Positions 22,101 to 24,647 of a stretch of DNA of 24,647 nt are shown piece by piece. Positions within the stretch are counted from its first letter, which is position 1. The number at the start of each line of letters is the position of its first letter. Below the pieces are notes generated by a model. The model was not told the origin of the DNA. It was given only the letters and a program-made list of their open reading frames with translations, and did not search any database. Source of the stretch: Macrostomum lignano (lineage: Eukaryota); contig NIVC01003796.1 in NCBI GenBank assembly GCA_002269645.1, positions 1 through 24,647 on the forward strand. Reading direction: 5' to 3'. Made by a program: the position numbers and the translations under genes.

Positions 22101-24647
22101 TGCCGAGAATGCTTCAGTTTGTTAGAATGCAATCAGAACAGATTCCTAGAAAGTGAGCTAGTCCAGCATCAAGGCAGAACATCTGGATGTGTAACGAGAG
22201 GCTCTCGGAGATTCCTGGCTCAGATTATCGCCTAGAAGTGCTGTAGAATAGCTGGTCCACCTAACCTACAGACACAACTCGAACAGATTTCTCTGTCTGT
22301 TTGAGGCTCTGGCTCTCAGAGCCGCCGAGAAAGTTTAGTGCCGAGAATGCTTCAGTTTGTTAGAATGCAATCAGAACATATTCCTAGAAAGTGAGCTAGT
22401 CCAGCATCGAGGTAGAACATCTGGATGTGTAACGAGAGGCTCTCGGAGATTCCTGGCTCAGATTATCGCCTAGAAGTGCTTTGAGTAGCTGGTCCACCTA
22501 ACCTACAGACACAACTCGAACAGATTTCTCTGTCTGTTTAGGGCTCTGGCTCTTAGGTGTCGTCCACTAACCTACAGACACAACTGAATCAGCTCTCTCA
22601 GTCTGTTTGAGGCTTTGGCTCTCAGTAGCTGGTCCACCTAAACCTACAGACACAACTCGAACAGATTTCTCTGTCTGTTTAAGGCTCTGGCTCTCAGAGC
22701 CGCCGAGAAAGTTTAGTGCCAGAAAATGCTTCAGTTTGTTAGAATGCAATCAGAACAGATTCCTAGAAAGTGAGCTAGTCCAGCATCAAGGCAGAACATC
22801 TGGATGTTGTAACGAAAAGTCTCTCGGAGAACTCCTGGCTCAGATATCGCCTAGAAGTGCTGTGGAGTAGCTGGTCCACCTAACCTACAGACACAACTCG
22901 AACAGATTTCTCTGTCTGTTTTAGGGCTCTGGCTCTTAGGTGGTCCACATAACCTACAGACACAACTGAATCAGCTCTCTCAGTCTGTTTAGGCTTTGGC
23001 TCTCAGTAGCTGGTCCACCTAACCTACAGACACAACTCGAACAGATTTCTCTGTCTGTTTAAGGCTCTGGCTCTCAGAGCCGCCGAGAAAGTTTAGTGCC
23101 GAGAAATGCTTCAGTTTGTTAGAATGCAATCAGAACAGATTCCTAGAAAGTGAGCTAGTCCAGCATCAAGGCAGAACATCTGGATGTGTAACGAAAGTCT
23201 CTCGGAGACTCCTGGCTCAGATTATCGCCTAGAAGTGCTGTGGAGTAGCTGGTCCACCTAACCTACAGACACAACTCGAACAGATTTCTGTCTGTTTGAG
23301 GCTCTGGATCTCAGAGCCGCGCCGAGAAAGTTTAGTGCCGAGAATGCTTCAGTTTGTTAGAATGCAATCAGAACAGATTCTAGAAAGTGAGCTAGTCCAG
23401 CATCAAGCAGAACATCTGGATGTGTAACGAGAGGCTCTCGGAGATTCCTGGCTCAGATTATCGCCTAGAAGTGCTGTAGAATAGCTGGTCCACCTAACCT
23501 ACAGACACAACTCGAACAGATTTCTCTGTCTGTTTGAGGCTCTGGCTCTCAGAGCCGCCGAGAAAGTTTAGTGCGAGAATGCTTCAGTTTGTTAGAATGC
23601 AATCAGAACATATTCCTAGAAAGTGAGCTAGTCCAGCATCAAGGTAGAACATCTGGATGTGTAACGAGAGGCTCTCGGAGATTCCTGGCTCAGATTATCG
23701 CCTAAAGTGCTGTGGAGTAGCTGGTCCACCTAAACCTACAGACACAACTCGAACAGATTTCTCTGTCTGTTTGAGGCTCTGGATCTCAGAGCCGCCGAGA
23801 AAGTTTAGTGGCAGAAAATGCTTCAGTTGTTAGAATGCAATCAGAACAGATTCCTAGAAAGTGAGCTAGTCCAGCATCAAGGTAGAACATCTGGATGTGT
23901 AACGAGAGGCTCTCGGAGATTCCTGGCTCAGATTATCGCTAGAAGTGCTTTGGAGTAGCTGGTCCACCTAACCTACAGACACAACTCGAACAGATTTCTC
24001 TGTCTGTTTGAGGCTTCTGGATCTCAGAGCCGCCGAGAAAGTTTAGTGCCGAGAATGCTTCAGTTTGTTAGAATGCAATCAGAACAGATTCCTAGAAATT
24101 GAGCTAGTCCAGCATCAAGGCAGCAGAACATCTGGATGTGTAACGAGAGGCTCTCGGAGATTCCTGGCTCAGATTATCGCCTAGAAGTGCTGTGGAGTAG
24201 CTGGTCCACCTAACCTACAGACACAACTCGAACAGATTTCTCTGTCTGTTTAGGGCTCTGGCTCTTTAGGTGGTCCACATAACCTACACACACAACTGAA
24301 GCAGCTCTCTCAGTCTGTTTGAGGCTTTGGCTCTCAGTAGCTGGTCCACCTAACCTACAGACACAACTCGAACAGATTTCTCTGTCTGTTTGAGGCTCTG
24401 GCTCTCAGAGCGCCGAGAAAGTTTAGTGCCGAGAATGCTTCAGTTTGTTAGAATGCAATCAGAACATATTCCTAGAAAGTGAGCTAGTCCAGCATTCAAG
24501 GCAGAACATCTGGATGTGTAACGAAAGTCTCTCGGAGACTCCTGGCTCAGATTATCGCCTAGAAGTGCTGTAGATAGCTGGTCCACCTAACCTACAGACA
24601 CAACTCGAACAGATTTTCTCTGTCTGTTTGAGGCTCTGGCTCTCAGA
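19144..24647. repeat. Composite satellite: 19 full ~238-bp monomers (A), 6 ~68-bp (B) and 7 ~71-bp (C) truncated monomers; runs off the window end
   Basis: Units indexed by the GGTCCAC head (19158, 19229, 19466, 19701, 19939, 20177, 20244, 20314 ... 24343, 24580). Confidence 0.97.

Noticed and set aside
19144-24647. Hammerhead ribozyme in the satellite (GAA-AGTCTC-TCG-GAGACT-C resembles GAAA/stem III/UH)
   Set aside because: No CUGANGA core on either strand (nearest are CTGTGGA/CTGTAGA) and no stem I or II pairing. An Infernal search with hammerhead models would settle it.

Overview
Eukaryotic (invertebrate-like) genomic DNA with GC-rich exons, AT-rich introns and about 55% tandem repeats. 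The style resembles a repeat-rich flatworm such as Macrostomum, but that is an impression, not something the sequence proves. The left third (406-8941, minus strand) holds a complete 8-exon gene that I spliced by hand. All introns are GT-AG, phases are compatible, and the CDS is 2001 nt = 666 aa + stop. It encodes a protein with two cyclic-nucleotide-binding (CNB) domains, CNBD2-like. Intron 1 contains a perfect palindromic RFX X-box. The rest is a patchwork of unrelated arrays: (GACA)n, 20-bp and 26-bp minisatellites, a 2.87-kb pure-pyrimidine tract, and a >5.5-kb composite satellite of ~238-bp monomers interrupted by an obligate pair of ~68+~71-bp truncated monomers. The satellite head motif (GGTCCAC[C/G]TAA) also occurs as an inverted-repeat cluster just upstream, which suggests the satellite arose from a MITE/Helentron-like element. 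Two weakly supported plus-strand exons (a signal-peptide-like one and a Lys-rich one) may belong to a second gene. Nearly all long ORFs in the supplied track are repeat artefacts. I found no CRISPR array, rRNA, tRNA or intact ribozyme.
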